This document shows, piece by piece, positions 34,575 through 43,475 of a stretch of 61,792 nucleotides of DNA (the first letter of the stretch is position 1; every line of letters starts with the position of its first letter). The translations under genes were made by a program, and so were the position numbers. The DNA lies in contig CANPVI010000001.1 of assembly GCA_947581665.1 (NCBI GenBank), positions 1 to 61,792 on the forward strand, given 5' to 3'. Source of the stretch: an uncultured Atopobiaceae bacterium. GTDB taxonomy: Bacteria; Actinomycetota; Coriobacteriia; Coriobacteriales; Atopobiaceae. Under the pieces are notes generated by a model that saw only the letters and a program-made list of their open reading frames with translations, was not told the origin of the DNA and searched no databases.

Positions 34575-34632
34575 TCATTATACACCCGTCAACCGAGCTT
34601 TTCGTCAACTTTTGTCAACCGTCCGTCAACCA
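34575..34632 (-). promoter_or_regulatory. promoter region with four direct GTTGAC repeats and a TATAAT box upstream of HNH
   Basis: Minus strand reads GGTTGACGGACGGTTGACAAAAGTTGACGAAAAGCTCGGTTGACGGGTGTATAATG. On the + strand GTCAAC lies at 34588, 34604, 34614 and 34625. Confidence 0.55.
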
Positions 34633-34648
34633 ATCGTCTATTCTTTTT

Positions 34649-35368
34649 TCAGACTCGGTCGGCGAATAGGATTTCAAGTATTGACATCGCCCTGTTGCGC
34701 TTTTTATGAACAGCCTGTTTGGAGTATCCCAACCATCTCCCAATGGTACTCATGGATTCCCCTTGCACATAAAGGTGGACGATTATTGCTTTCGCCTCAT
34801 CATCGAGTTGGTCAATGCACCTGTCGAGATATTCCATATCCGCTTTCAGCTCGGCTACTTCCTTGCTGTTGCCGACTGCGATCCTCGCCTTGTTTATTTT
34901 GTAGTTGTCCAATAATTCCTTTATGCCGGGCATCATGCTTTCTTCCTTTTCTCCAAATTCTTCGGCTATTTCCTGCCTATGTTTTTCTTGCTGTATCCGC
35001 AAGTCCCACACCCAATCGGTCGTTTCGTTCGGTTCTAATGACGTGTTCAGCCACAATCGGACTTGTCCGCTGTCTTCGAGTTCTTCCGACCAATCGTCCG
35101 CTTGGCATATCCCTCGGAGTTCCCATATCTGCATTTTTCCAAAGGTTTTGCCCTTGTAGAAGAATAACATCAGCATTCGGTCGGTGGTTTCGTCCAGATA
35201 CTTGGCTCGGAAGTAGTAACCGCCAAAGCGTTGCAGATTGCCGTTTATATAGTCCTCGGTTTCCCGCTTTATATCGGTTTTCGGCATTGGGCTGTCCGTT
35301 TCGCTTGCATAGTCGAACTCCGCCTCCGCCGTTATGACCACTTTGTTGATTACCGATTCCGTTTTCAT
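34649..35368 (-). CDS. ArpU/RinA-like (sigma-70 region-4-like HTH) transcriptional activator with a ~150-aa N-terminal extension
   Basis: C-terminus ..LDDEAKAIIVHLYVQGESMSTIGRWLGYSKQAVHKKRNRAMSILE... Located directly upstream of the packaging genes. Confidence 0.6.
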   Translation of the reverse strand: MKTESVINKVVITAEAEFDYASETDSPMPKTDIKRETEDYINGNLQRFGGYYFRAKYLDETTDRMLMLFFYKGKTFGKMQIWELRGICQADDWSEELEDSGQVRLWLNTSLEPNETTDWVWDLRIQQEKHRQEIAEEFGEKEESMMPGIKELLDNYKINKARIAVGNSKEVAELKADMEYLDRCIDQLDDEAKAIIVHLYVQGESMSTIGRWLGYSKQAVHKKRNRAMSILEILFADRV

Positions 35369-35369
35369 G

Positions 35370-35657
35370 TTACTCCTTCTCGAATGCAGAAATTGTCTTT
35401 CTCACCTCATCTACCGTCCGTACTACCACCGCATATCCGCCTGCGGCAATGATTTGTCCGATGGTTATCGCTTGGAGAGCGGTCGGCTTATTTTTTCCGA
35501 CTTTGCACTCGAATGCGATAAATCGTCCCTTGTAACAGACTATCAAATCTGGAACACCCGCCGTTCCGTACATCCCTCCGTGTTCTTTCCAAAAGAAGAG
35601 ATTGGGAATGGTTTTGAGGTATTCACTTATCTTCCTTATCAAATCGCTCTCTTTCAT
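35370..35657 (-). CDS. VRR-NUC domain nuclease
   Basis: ..GVPDLIVCYKGRFIAFECKVGKNKPTALQ.. (PD-(D/E)xK). Confidence 0.8.
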   Translation of the reverse strand: MKESDLIRKISEYLKTIPNLFFWKEHGGMYGTAGVPDLIVCYKGRFIAFECKVGKNKPTALQAITIGQIIAAGGYAVVVRTVDEVRKTISAFEKE

Positions 35658-35678
35658 TTCCCCTCTTTTCAGACACTA

Positions 35679-35797
35679 CCTGTCATAACCGTCATTCCGT
35701 CATTATGACGAATTTCAAAAATGACACAAACCCCGTCTTGTGGATTTCGGTCTATTTTTTTGCGTTACAAGGATGACGGAATGACAGGAGTGACGGG
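35679..35797. repeat. GTCAT/ATGAC iteron cluster with a 13-bp inverted repeat and an AT-rich centre (candidate origin or operator)
   Basis: GTCAT at 35682, 35691 and 35699. ATGAC at 35705, 35721, 35773 and 35781. GTCATTCCGTCAT (35691..35703) pairs with ATGACGGAATGAC (35773..35785). Confidence 0.5.
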
Positions 35798-35815
35798 TGC
35801 TGTTCATAGAAGTGG

Positions 35816-37792
35816 TTATTCGTCATTGTCCGTGCGGTCGTAGATCGTTGCTTGATAGCCATAGGGCTGTTGGGGCAATTTTCTCACAAAGCAATGTTTC
35901 CTTGCAGACGAAGTGCGTGTTACTTTATGCTCTATGTCATCGCAATAGAGTCGGTACTCGAACTTCTCGATTGCCTTGCCCACGGCTGCATTGGTATCTG
36001 CGATTTGCTTGCCCGTGATGTCGTATATCTCTTTTTTGAGGTCGTCCACCGTTCCACACCATCCCTTGAGCGGATTCCGCTTGACCAATTCCTTGATTGT
36101 CTGGACGATAGTGCTGTTTTCGTATTCTTCCCGCTCTTTGCGGTACTCCACTTCCTCGGCTGTGCCTTCTACCACCCACTTGTAGTCCAAGGTCGTAAAC
36201 GCTATGACCAAGTCGCTTTGCTGTATGTCGCGTCCCACCATGGACAAGGTCGCATTTTGGTCATTGCGCTTTTTCTTCGAGATGATGAAGATGGAGTCGG
36301 CGGCACCCATGAGTGCCGTGCTGCCCGATATCATGTTGAAGACATCCGCCTCATCCAACATTTTCCGAAGGTGATGCACGAACAGCATACAGACTTTGTG
36401 CTTGTCCGCATATTCCTTGAACATCGCCATCTCTCGGTAGTCGCCGCTGTAGACCGACTCATTGCGCATCGCCCTCCCTCGCACCTTTTGCAAGGTGTCG
36501 ATGATGATGAGTTTGATGCCGGGGAAAGTCCGAAGTTCTTCGTCTATCTTGTCCAAGAGTCCCCTGTCCACGGGATCCGCCTCCGTCACAAAGCGAAGAG
36601 CGGTCGGTGCTTTCCTCCCTTTGAGCATTTTGTTGAGTCGGTCTTTCAGCCTTGACTTGCTGTCTTCGAGCGCATAATACAGCACACCGCTCTGGTTGGT
36701 TTTGAAGTCCAAGAATTCCTTGCCCTCCGCCACCGCCAAGCCGAGTTGCAACATCATCCACGACTTGCCTATCTTGGACGGCGCACACAATATGGCGAGT
36801 CCCGTCGGCAGTACATCTCGGACTATCCATATCGGCGGCTCCACGTTTTCGCCTTGGAGTTCAAGGGCGTCGAAACTGTCCTTTGCAGTCGCATACTGTT
36901 TCCGCAGTTTGAGCTTCGCCGCCTTGACCGCATCTTCGAGCTTCTTGGGGTTCGCCATGAGCTGTTCGTTCGGATCCTTGCACTCGCCTGCGATGTTGTA
37001 TGCGATGACCTGAACACCCAAAGCCACGAGTTCCGCCATCATCGCTCCGCTTGCTTTCTGCCCTGCATCATCGTTGTCGAAACAGAGAATAAAGCCACCG
37101 AGCGGACGCTTTTTCTTAACTTCCTCGATCACCTTTTTCCATCCGCCCGTGCCGCAGGTCGCAATGCAATTTCCACCGCTTTGATAGACGCTCATGGCGC
37201 ATATCGGACTTTCGACTACAAATATCGGCTCTTTGGAACGGTGCCTCAACCCCTCGATGTTGAACACAGGCTCTGGACCTGCGTCTTCGGTTTTCGGCTT
37301 GAAAAAGGCTTTCTCTTCGATGCTCCGCGTTTGATAGTAGGTCAGCTTGGACGAGTACGGAATGACCACAGATTTATGGTACTCATCGTACCCCAAACAA
37401 AATTTCCGTATTGTCGCACGGCTCAACTCCCTCTTTTCAAAGTAGTTGGTTTTGCCGATGTCGGCGATGCACCGTTTGAGGTAGTCGGTGATGGTTGCCG
37501 TTTTGCTCGGCTTGGATTCCCCCACTTCGATGTGGTATCTTTCCGCAAGTTCCCTCGCCGCCTCGATGGGCTCTATCCCTTTGAGCTTCGCCACAAAGGT
37601 TATCGCATCGCCCGACTCGCCGCACCCAAAGCACTTGAAAATATTGTCTTCACGCTTGACCGAGAACGATGGAGTCTTCTCTTTATGGAACGGACATAAT
37701 CCTTGCCCTTGGTAGTTGAGATGTACGCCATAGTCTTCGACTACCTCCGCTATCTTGATATTCCTTTTTACCGTTTCAAAAATGTCGCTCAT
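35816..37792 (-). CDS. bifunctional DNA primase (CHC2 zinc finger + Toprim) / RepA-like helicase ATPase
   Basis: CPFHKEKTPSFSV..FKCFGCG; Toprim region; Walker A ..CAPSKIGKSW.. Confidence 0.85.
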   Translation of the reverse strand: MSDIFETVKRNIKIAEVVEDYGVHLNYQGQGLCPFHKEKTPSFSVKREDNIFKCFGCGESGDAITFVAKLKGIEPIEAARELAERYHIEVGESKPSKTATITDYLKRCIADIGKTNYFEKRELSRATIRKFCLGYDEYHKSVVIPYSSKLTYYQTRSIEEKAFFKPKTEDAGPEPVFNIEGLRHRSKEPIFVVESPICAMSVYQSGGNCIATCGTGGWKKVIEEVKKKRPLGGFILCFDNDDAGQKASGAMMAELVALGVQVIAYNIAGECKDPNEQLMANPKKLEDAVKAAKLKLRKQYATAKDSFDALELQGENVEPPIWIVRDVLPTGLAILCAPSKIGKSWMMLQLGLAVAEGKEFLDFKTNQSGVLYYALEDSKSRLKDRLNKMLKGRKAPTALRFVTEADPVDRGLLDKIDEELRTFPGIKLIIIDTLQKVRGRAMRNESVYSGDYREMAMFKEYADKHKVCMLFVHHLRKMLDEADVFNMISGSTALMGAADSIFIISKKKRNDQNATLSMVGRDIQQSDLVIAFTTLDYKWVVEGTAEEVEYRKEREEYENSTIVQTIKELVKRNPLKGWCGTVDDLKKEIYDITGKQIADTNAAVGKAIEKFEYRLYCDDIEHKVTRTSSARKHCFVRKLPQQPYGYQATIYDRTDNDE

Positions 37793-38115
37793 TATTCGTC
37801 CAAGTCCTCATCGATGTATAGTGTGGGTTTGCCGAGTTTTCGGGCAAGTTCGATTTCCGCTTTCATGCCCTCGCTGATGCACGGTCCGAATACCCACACT
37901 TCATCGCATAACTCCAACAGTTGTAACCCCATCGCCATTCCCACTCTTCGCTCGGACTTATTTTCGTCATCGAGGAACTGAGGGAAGATGGCGTGTGGTG
38001 CTATGGGCAGACAGCCTTTCTCGTAGGCATATCTCGAAAAGAGGTTCGCTTTGATGATGTTCCGCTCGTAGCTGCGCCGCAAGGGAGAGCAGATATAAAC
38101 AATCTTTCTTTTCAT
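37792..38115 (-). CDS. DUF4406 / nucleoside 2-deoxyribosyltransferase-like protein
   Basis: MKRKIVYICSPLR..PIAPH..DEVWVFG..SEGMKAEIELA.. Confidence 0.5.
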   Translation of the reverse strand: MKRKIVYICSPLRRSYERNIIKANLFSRYAYEKGCLPIAPHAIFPQFLDDENKSERRVGMAMGLQLLELCDEVWVFGPCISEGMKAEIELARKLGKPTLYIDEDLDE

Positions 38116-38171
38116 ACTCCACCTTTGCCGGGGACGGCAGCCTATGCCACCGTCCCCTTGCCCCTTGATTG

Positions 38172-38870
38172 TTACTCTTCGTCCAACTCCACGACCTTTG
38201 TCGCCATCGCCTTGACCTGTTCGCTCAACACCTTGATGTTTGCGAACTCCGCATCCGTCAAGTCCCTGTCCACCGCAAAGACCGCCTGCGAATAGTTGAT
38301 ACCGCCGCTGTTCTGCGCTTTCTTCAGCGTGAACTTCGTCACCACGCCGTTGGTCTTTTTGCCCTTGGAAAGCAGGCGCATCACATATTTCGAGAACTCG
38401 CCGAGACTACCCGTGGGGAGCGACAAGAGCGTCGGCAGAGCCTCGCCCTCACGGAGCAGATAGATTCTGCGCTTCTGCTTGCAAGCCTTTGCGCCGTTCT
38501 TGCCCGATCCGAACTTGTTGAACTCGCACTCGGCGCAGTTCTTCACCACTCCCGTTTCCGCCTCGATGCCGATGTGTCCGTCCATCGATCCGCAGTCCGG
38601 GGGATTGTTGCCGCCCGTGTACTCTTCCTTGTAGTAGCAGTTGATGGGATGGTGGTACAGGATCACCGCCTTGAATTCCTTGACAGAATCGGGACTGTCG
38701 GGATCGTCCCCCGGCACTTCGTATGCGAGTCCGCCACCCGCCGGGATTCTGATCCTCTCGAAAGAGGGGGTAAGTCCGTCAAGCTCTTCTGCGAGGATTT
38801 CGCCGAGGTTCGCACCCGTGCCGTACTCCGCTACTTCCTGTTCGTTCGCTTTCACTACTTCGTTTGCCAT
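38172..38870 (-). CDS. replication-module protein of unknown function (Cys cluster)
   Basis: MANEVVKANEQEVAEYG..PPDCGS..KNCAECEFNKFGSGKNGAKACK.. Start is ATG 38870 (GGAGG). Confidence 0.6.
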   Translation of the reverse strand: MANEVVKANEQEVAEYGTGANLGEILAEELDGLTPSFERIRIPAGGGLAYEVPGDDPDSPDSVKEFKAVILYHHPINCYYKEEYTGGNNPPDCGSMDGHIGIEAETGVVKNCAECEFNKFGSGKNGAKACKQKRRIYLLREGEALPTLLSLPTGSLGEFSKYVMRLLSKGKKTNGVVTKFTLKKAQNSGGINYSQAVFAVDRDLTDAEFANIKVLSEQVKAMATKVVELDEE

Positions 38871-38887
38871 TGTTTTATCCTCCAAAT

Positions 38888-39913
38888 TTAATATTTTTTC
38901 TGTTTTGCCACGCGGATCGTATTCTTCTCCGCTACTTTGATGAGCCCTTCCAACCACGTCGGGAGTACCCCACCGTTTTCCGAAATGAGTTCCTTGACCG
39001 TTGCCGAGAGCGTCTGGGAGTTGATGGTGAAGAGGTCTTCAAAGCCGTTCGCTTTCATCGCCTCCCACAGTTCCCCTTTCCTTTCGGGTTCGGGTGACGG
39101 ATACTCCGTTGTCACCAACGAGAACGTTGTCCCGTTGCGATTGAACGATGTCAATTCCTCGGTGGTCATGATGCCTATCATTTCCGCCGTGACACCATCA
39201 ATCTCTTCATTGATACCTTTCGCCTGTGCCTCCAACTCGCTCTTTTCAAGTCGTAACTCTTTGAGCCTGTCGGAGAGTTCCAATAACCTGTTGTCCAAAT
39301 TTGACCTCCCATTTTTTAGTGCAGTTTGCAAGTCCATTCCCTTTTTCAAGCGGCTGTCCACGGTACTCCGTGCTTGTCCGTAGATGCGGCAAAGTTCCGT
39401 CAGAGTGAACTCTTTCCCTTGAACTATGTATCGCCTGTTTCTGCGGGTGTTCCTTTGCTGCCGATTCGCAGGAATCCACCTACAGTTTTCGGGACAATAG
39501 TTCCCATCATTATCTTTGCGCTCTATCGTCAAGCCGTCCTTGTATCCATTGGACATCGCCCAATAAAAGAACTGCTCGAAACTGTCTGCCCATTCCTCGC
39601 ACACGGCGATTCCCCGTCCGCCGTAGTTCGGATAGTCTTTGCTTTTCGGATTGCCGCACCGCTGTTTCATATTCGCCCAGATTCGGTGCAGGCGCATCTC
39701 GCCGTTCGGCATCGCTTTTTGCATTCTGCGGTAGCATCCGCAGCTCATCGTATGTCCGTTCACAAGGTCCGTTCCTCGCACGATGGCTGTTCCGCCGCAC
39801 TCGCACTTGCACACCCAAAGGAGTGCTTTGTTCTTGCCGTGGGACTGCATCGGCTCTATTGCCGTCAGCCGTCCGAACTGTTTGCCCGTTAAATCGTTAT
39901 ACTTTTTAGCCAT
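38888..39913 (-). CDS. two-part protein: N-terminal Zn-ribbon + AP2-like DNA-binding (homing-endonuclease-associated) module, C-terminal coiled-coil domain
   Basis: ..GRLTAI..CKCECGG..SCGC..RLHRIWANMKQRCGNPKSKDYPNYGGRGIAVCEEW..ENCRWIP.., then ..RLKELRLEKSELEAQAK.. Confidence 0.55.
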   Translation of the reverse strand: MAKKYNDLTGKQFGRLTAIEPMQSHGKNKALLWVCKCECGGTAIVRGTDLVNGHTMSCGCYRRMQKAMPNGEMRLHRIWANMKQRCGNPKSKDYPNYGGRGIAVCEEWADSFEQFFYWAMSNGYKDGLTIERKDNDGNYCPENCRWIPANRQQRNTRRNRRYIVQGKEFTLTELCRIYGQARSTVDSRLKKGMDLQTALKNGRSNLDNRLLELSDRLKELRLEKSELEAQAKGINEEIDGVTAEMIGIMTTEELTSFNRNGTTFSLVTTEYPSPEPERKGELWEAMKANGFEDLFTINSQTLSATVKELISENGGVLPTWLEGLIKVAEKNTIRVAKQKKY

Positions 39914-41531
39914 TGAGTAGCGTCCTCCAATCGTCTACCATGATTTTCGCTATATCGCCTTTGTGCTTGAGCGCATTGAGGATTTTTTCGTCCACCGTTC
40001 CCTTGCACACAAGATGGATATACAAGCATTTTTGCTTTTGCCCTATGCGGTGGATCCTTGCTCGGCTTTGGTCGTAGTTTGCATACGAGAAGTCGAGCGA
40101 GTAGAACACCGCCACGTTTGCCGCCGTCAAAGTCAGCCCCATGCCCGTGGTTTGCAGTTGTCCGATGAATACCTTGACATCGGAGTTTTCTTGGAATGCC
40201 TTGACTTGCTCCGCTCGGTCGGTGGTCGCTCCGTAGATGAGACTGTATCCGATTTTCTTCGCTTTCAGCATCGCCGCTATCGCCTCGATCTCTGGGACGA
40301 ACCGAGCGAAGACCACCACCTTCTTCCCTTCGTCCAAGCAAGTATCGACCACGTCTTCGAGCGCATCGAGCTTTGCGGCGCTCACTTGGCTTGCCTCGGT
40401 ATTCACATCCCCTCGGATGAATCCGCCCGTGCATTGCGACAGTCGCAGGAGTTGAGTCAACACGTTCCGCACCGTCACTTCGCCGTTGGCGAGTTCCGCA
40501 TAGCAGTCTTTCTCCAAAGCCCTGTATATCGTCTGCGCTTTCGATTCGAGGTTAATCGTCCGTGTTTCGTCCATGAACGGCGGAAGATCCACGGCATCCT
40601 CTATCTTGATGCGGTATGCTATGCTGTGGACTTTCGACACCAATTCGTCCATGTGTCGGTAGCCGACCACCATGCGGTTTTGGTATCCGCCCATTATCGC
40701 ATAGCGGTTGCGGAAGAGATAAAAACTGCCGCCGAAGATGCTCTCGTCCAAGAACTTGTACTGCGAGAAGATGTCTAACGGACTCCCCGTTATCGGCGTC
40801 CCCGTCAGTATCATGTTGTACTTGCTGATTCTGCCAAGGCGGTGCATCGCTTTGGACTGCGTTGCGCTCGGTGTCTTTATCTTTGAGGACTCATCGCAGA
40901 CAATGAGGTCTGGCTGCCACTTCGTTATTTCCTTTTCGAGCCTCCATGCCGATTCGTAGTTGACTACTATAACTTGGAGTGCCTTGCCCTGCATATATCC
41001 GAATGCCGCTTTCTTTTTGTCCATCGTTCCGTCAAGCACAGTTAGTGCGTATGGATAGTCGGCGAACTTTCGGAACTCGTCATCCCACACACCCACGATG
41101 GATTTCGGACAGACCACGAGCATTTTCCGTATGCCCTTTTCCGCTTCGAGCGTCCCCGTGATGGCAATGGTCATCATCGATTTTCCCGTACCCATGTCCG
41201 CGAGGAGTGCCACCGCTTTGCTGTTTTCAAAGGTTTCGAGTGCGAAGTCGTATGCATCTTGCTGATGTTTGAAGAGCTTCGCTTTGACTCTCGGCTCACG
41301 ATGCTCACACGCACTCACAAATGCGCCACGGGCAGTTTTCGCTTTCTCTTTGAGTTCTTCATCGAGTGTCGCTCCGAGAAGTCCCAAAGTGCTTGCATTT
41401 TGGGCGGACAGCGGAATCACCCAACATTTATCATCGGCATCGTAGAACCGACCTTCGATTTCCTTGATGCTCTCTCGGTAGAGGTAGCTGTCGTATATCC
41501 TTATCGTTTCACCCTGCTGTACGGCATACAT
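39906..41531 (-). CDS. SNF2-family helicase
   Basis: LLADMGTGKS (motif I), IVCDESSKIK (motif II), and C-terminal helicase motifs ..QSRARIHRIGQ.. Confidence 0.9.
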   Translation of the reverse strand: MYAVQQGETIRIYDSYLYRESIKEIEGRFYDADDKCWVIPLSAQNASTLGLLGATLDEELKEKAKTARGAFVSACEHREPRVKAKLFKHQQDAYDFALETFENSKAVALLADMGTGKSMMTIAITGTLEAEKGIRKMLVVCPKSIVGVWDDEFRKFADYPYALTVLDGTMDKKKAAFGYMQGKALQVIVVNYESAWRLEKEITKWQPDLIVCDESSKIKTPSATQSKAMHRLGRISKYNMILTGTPITGSPLDIFSQYKFLDESIFGGSFYLFRNRYAIMGGYQNRMVVGYRHMDELVSKVHSIAYRIKIEDAVDLPPFMDETRTINLESKAQTIYRALEKDCYAELANGEVTVRNVLTQLLRLSQCTGGFIRGDVNTEASQVSAAKLDALEDVVDTCLDEGKKVVVFARFVPEIEAIAAMLKAKKIGYSLIYGATTDRAEQVKAFQENSDVKVFIGQLQTTGMGLTLTAANVAVFYSLDFSYANYDQSRARIHRIGQKQKCLYIHLVCKGTVDEKILNALKHKGDIAKIMVDDWRTLLNG

Positions 41532-41739
41532 TGACTCCCCTCCAATCGATGACTGGGAGCATCGCCTCCGCTCCGAACATCGCCATTAAGAGTCGGCTCT
41601 CTTCGTAGGTGAAGATTTCACCGTTGACGAGTTGCTTTCTCAATCGCTCCGCCGTCATCCCCAATTCCCTTGCTATGAACGCAAGCGTCACTCCGTTTGC
41701 GTGTGCCATGCGCACAAAGCGTTTTGCTATTACCTTCAT
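41509..41739 (-). CDS. small HTH-like protein
   Basis: ..GVTLAFIARELGMTAERLRKQL.. Confidence 0.5.
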   Translation of the reverse strand: MKVIAKRFVRMAHANGVTLAFIARELGMTAERLRKQLVNGEIFTYEESRLLMAMFGAEAMLPVIDWRGVNVCRTAG

Positions 41740-42071
41740 TTGTCCTTTCTCCTTGGCTCTTTGAAATTCTTGATTATTTCCTGCATGATTTGGAAGTCAT
41801 TGCCCGTGAGCTTGGCTGCCAATCTTTCCAATAACTCGGTTTGCTTGTCCGACATATATTTGCGACCGAGTCTGTATCCGTCTACCACATGAACGCCGCC
41901 TCCTGTTCCCTTTGTCGTATAGAGAGGGTAGGATATGCTCAACACTTCAATGTCCCTGCGGATCGTCCGCCTATCGACACCGAATTCGAAAGCCAGATTG
42001 TCGATGGTTTCGTGCCTGCGCTCACACATCAATTCCAAAATCGACTGCCGTCTTTCGACCGCTGATTGCAT
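41736..42071 (-). CDS. HTH (DeoR/HTH_11-type) regulator
   Basis: ..RRQSILELMCERRHETIDNLAFEFGVDRRTIRRDIEVL.. Confidence 0.65.
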   Translation of the reverse strand: MQSAVERRQSILELMCERRHETIDNLAFEFGVDRRTIRRDIEVLSISYPLYTTKGTGGGVHVVDGYRLGRKYMSDKQTELLERLAAKLTGNDFQIMQEIIKNFKEPRRKDK

Positions 42072-42115
42072 ATCCTCACCTCCTTTCTGCGTTTTCGTGG
42101 CTTGATTTTATTTGC

Positions 42116-42142
42116 CCAATGGGACACCTGATGTCCCATTGG
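42116..42142. promoter_or_regulatory. perfect 11-bp-arm palindrome CCAATGGGACA-N5-TGTCCCATTGG upstream of the HTH gene (candidate operator)
   Basis: Read directly, 45 nt upstream of ATG 42071. Confidence 0.55.
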
Positions 42143-42171
42143 AAAAATTTCCTGAAATTTTTTTTGAGAAC

Positions 42172-42223
42172 GAAAAAAGGCCACCGATCAACGATCCCGC
42201 TGTGGGATCATCATCGGTGGCCT
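42172..42223 (-). terminator. long-stem rho-independent terminator
   Basis: Minus strand reads AGGCCACCGAT..GATCCC-acagc-GGGATC..ATCGGTGGCCT followed by TTTTTTCG. Confidence 0.7.
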
Positions 42224-42336
42224 CTCAATACTGGATTAACCTATCCGCCTTGCCGCATAGTTTTCTCTGGCTTTACCATGGCCCTGTTTCAGCCCGACCA
42301 GAGTGCTTGCTACGACGTTCTATTTAGTTGTCCTGC

Positions 42337-42537
42337 TCAATCTATCAATTGTTGCCCGTTCGGTGCGAATACATCATATTGCACATGGCGTCTGCTCATT
42401 ACCTTCGAGACTGTTACCGTGCCGCATCTGGGGCATTTCGACTTCGTCAGTCCCTCTTCGTCCCGCCAAGCATTTATCATGCTGTGGCAGTTCAAGCACA
42501 GCACTTTGACTGGCTTGCCTCCATACTTGCTGTCCAT
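42337..42537 (-). CDS. 66-aa zinc-ribbon protein
   Basis: CLNC..18 aa..CPRC. Confidence 0.5.
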   Translation of the reverse strand: MDSKYGGKPVKVLCLNCHSMINAWRDEEGLTKSKCPRCGTVTVSKVMSRRHVQYDVFAPNGQQLID

Positions 42538-42677
42538 TGAATACTACCCTCCTTTCCCGTCAATACAAGCGTTGTTTTCGTCAAACTTCATTTGTGAGGT
42601 CGGGAATTCCGTCACCAAAGTAAGACCGCTTGTATCTCCAAAAATCTTCTCGGCATCGGGGCAGTATGCCGTTTCGA

Positions 42678-42863
42678 TTACTTATTGACAAGCAATGCCG
42701 CTTGCTTCGGCGTAAGGATGGGTACTCTTATCGGTCGCCTGAACTTCGGGATCTCTCCCTCGTATTGGCACTTCTCGCAGATGTACCTACCCTCGGTTTC
42801 GTATAGAAACAGGTCTTTGTTTTTGTGTCCGCACTTCGGGCATTTCACATCATACTGCTCCAT
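42678..42863 (-). CDS. 61-aa zinc-ribbon protein
   Basis: CPKC..17 aa..CEKC. Confidence 0.5.
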   Translation of the reverse strand: MEQYDVKCPKCGHKNKDLFLYETEGRYICEKCQYEGEIPKFRRPIRVPILTPKQAALLVNK

Positions 42864-43086
42864 CTCTCTGCGCCTCCGCCCTTGCTACTATGTCTTTGAG
42901 CTTCTCTTCGCCTACATAGAGGTCTTCGAGGTCCTCGGTGTTGTACTTGAAGGTATAATCCGTTTCGTCCTCCGCCTTGTACTTAAATTCTACTCCGCAC
43001 TTTGCGCATTTGTGGGTTTTCCACCGCTTGTCGAAGTCTAACTCCGCCGGGCATCCGCATCTCATGCAATAAATCGTCTTTTTCAC
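42850..43086 (-). CDS. 78-aa zinc-ribbon protein
   Basis: CMRCGC..14 aa..CAKC. Confidence 0.5.
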   Translation of the reverse strand: MKKTIYCMRCGCPAELDFDKRWKTHKCAKCGVEFKYKAEDETDYTFKYNTEDLEDLYVGEEKLKDIVARAEAQRDGAV

Positions 43087-43100
43087 TATATCACCTCCAG

Positions 43101-43475
43101 TTACATTTCCAAAATTTTAATGTCATAAATGTTCGAGAAAAATATTTTCATCTCGTCCAATATCAGATATTTGTACGCATAGTCTATCCGTTGCACCTTG
43201 CCGCAGGACTCCACGTCATGGCAGGCTCGGTAATGCTCGATCCGTACTTTCATCCCTGTTTCAAGCATAGCCAATGTTTCGGAGATTTCCTCGATGGTAT
43301 CATCGGAGAGGTCCCGTTTTTCCACTCGGCTGCGCCGTTCCTCTCGCACCGCCAAGGCTTCTTTCAAGCCCTTCATCGCATCGAACGGCATAAACTGTTT
43401 AGCCCTTTGTTCCCTTGTCATCGTACCCTGCTCTGTGTCCGCCGATGAAACCATTCCGTTCTCTCTGCGTGGCAC
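43101..43475 (-). CDS. YolD-like protein (start uncertain: GTG 43475, ATG 43454 or ATG 43421)
   Basis: ..REQRAKQFMPFDAMKGLKEAL..; downstream partner of the Y-family polymerase, as in SPbeta yolD-uvrX. Confidence 0.7.
   Translation of the reverse strand: MPRRENGMVSSADTEQGTMTREQRAKQFMPFDAMKGLKEALAVREERRSRVEKRDLSDDTIEEISETLAMLETGMKVRIEHYRACHDVESCGKVQRIDYAYKYLILDEMKIFFSNIYDIKILEM

Noticed and set aside
38172-38870. Calling this replication-module protein an SSB or a DUF669/Sak-type annealing protein
   Set aside because: I could see no OB-fold, SSB C-terminal acidic tail or Walker motifs. Only a Cys cluster is evident, so the protein is left as unknown.
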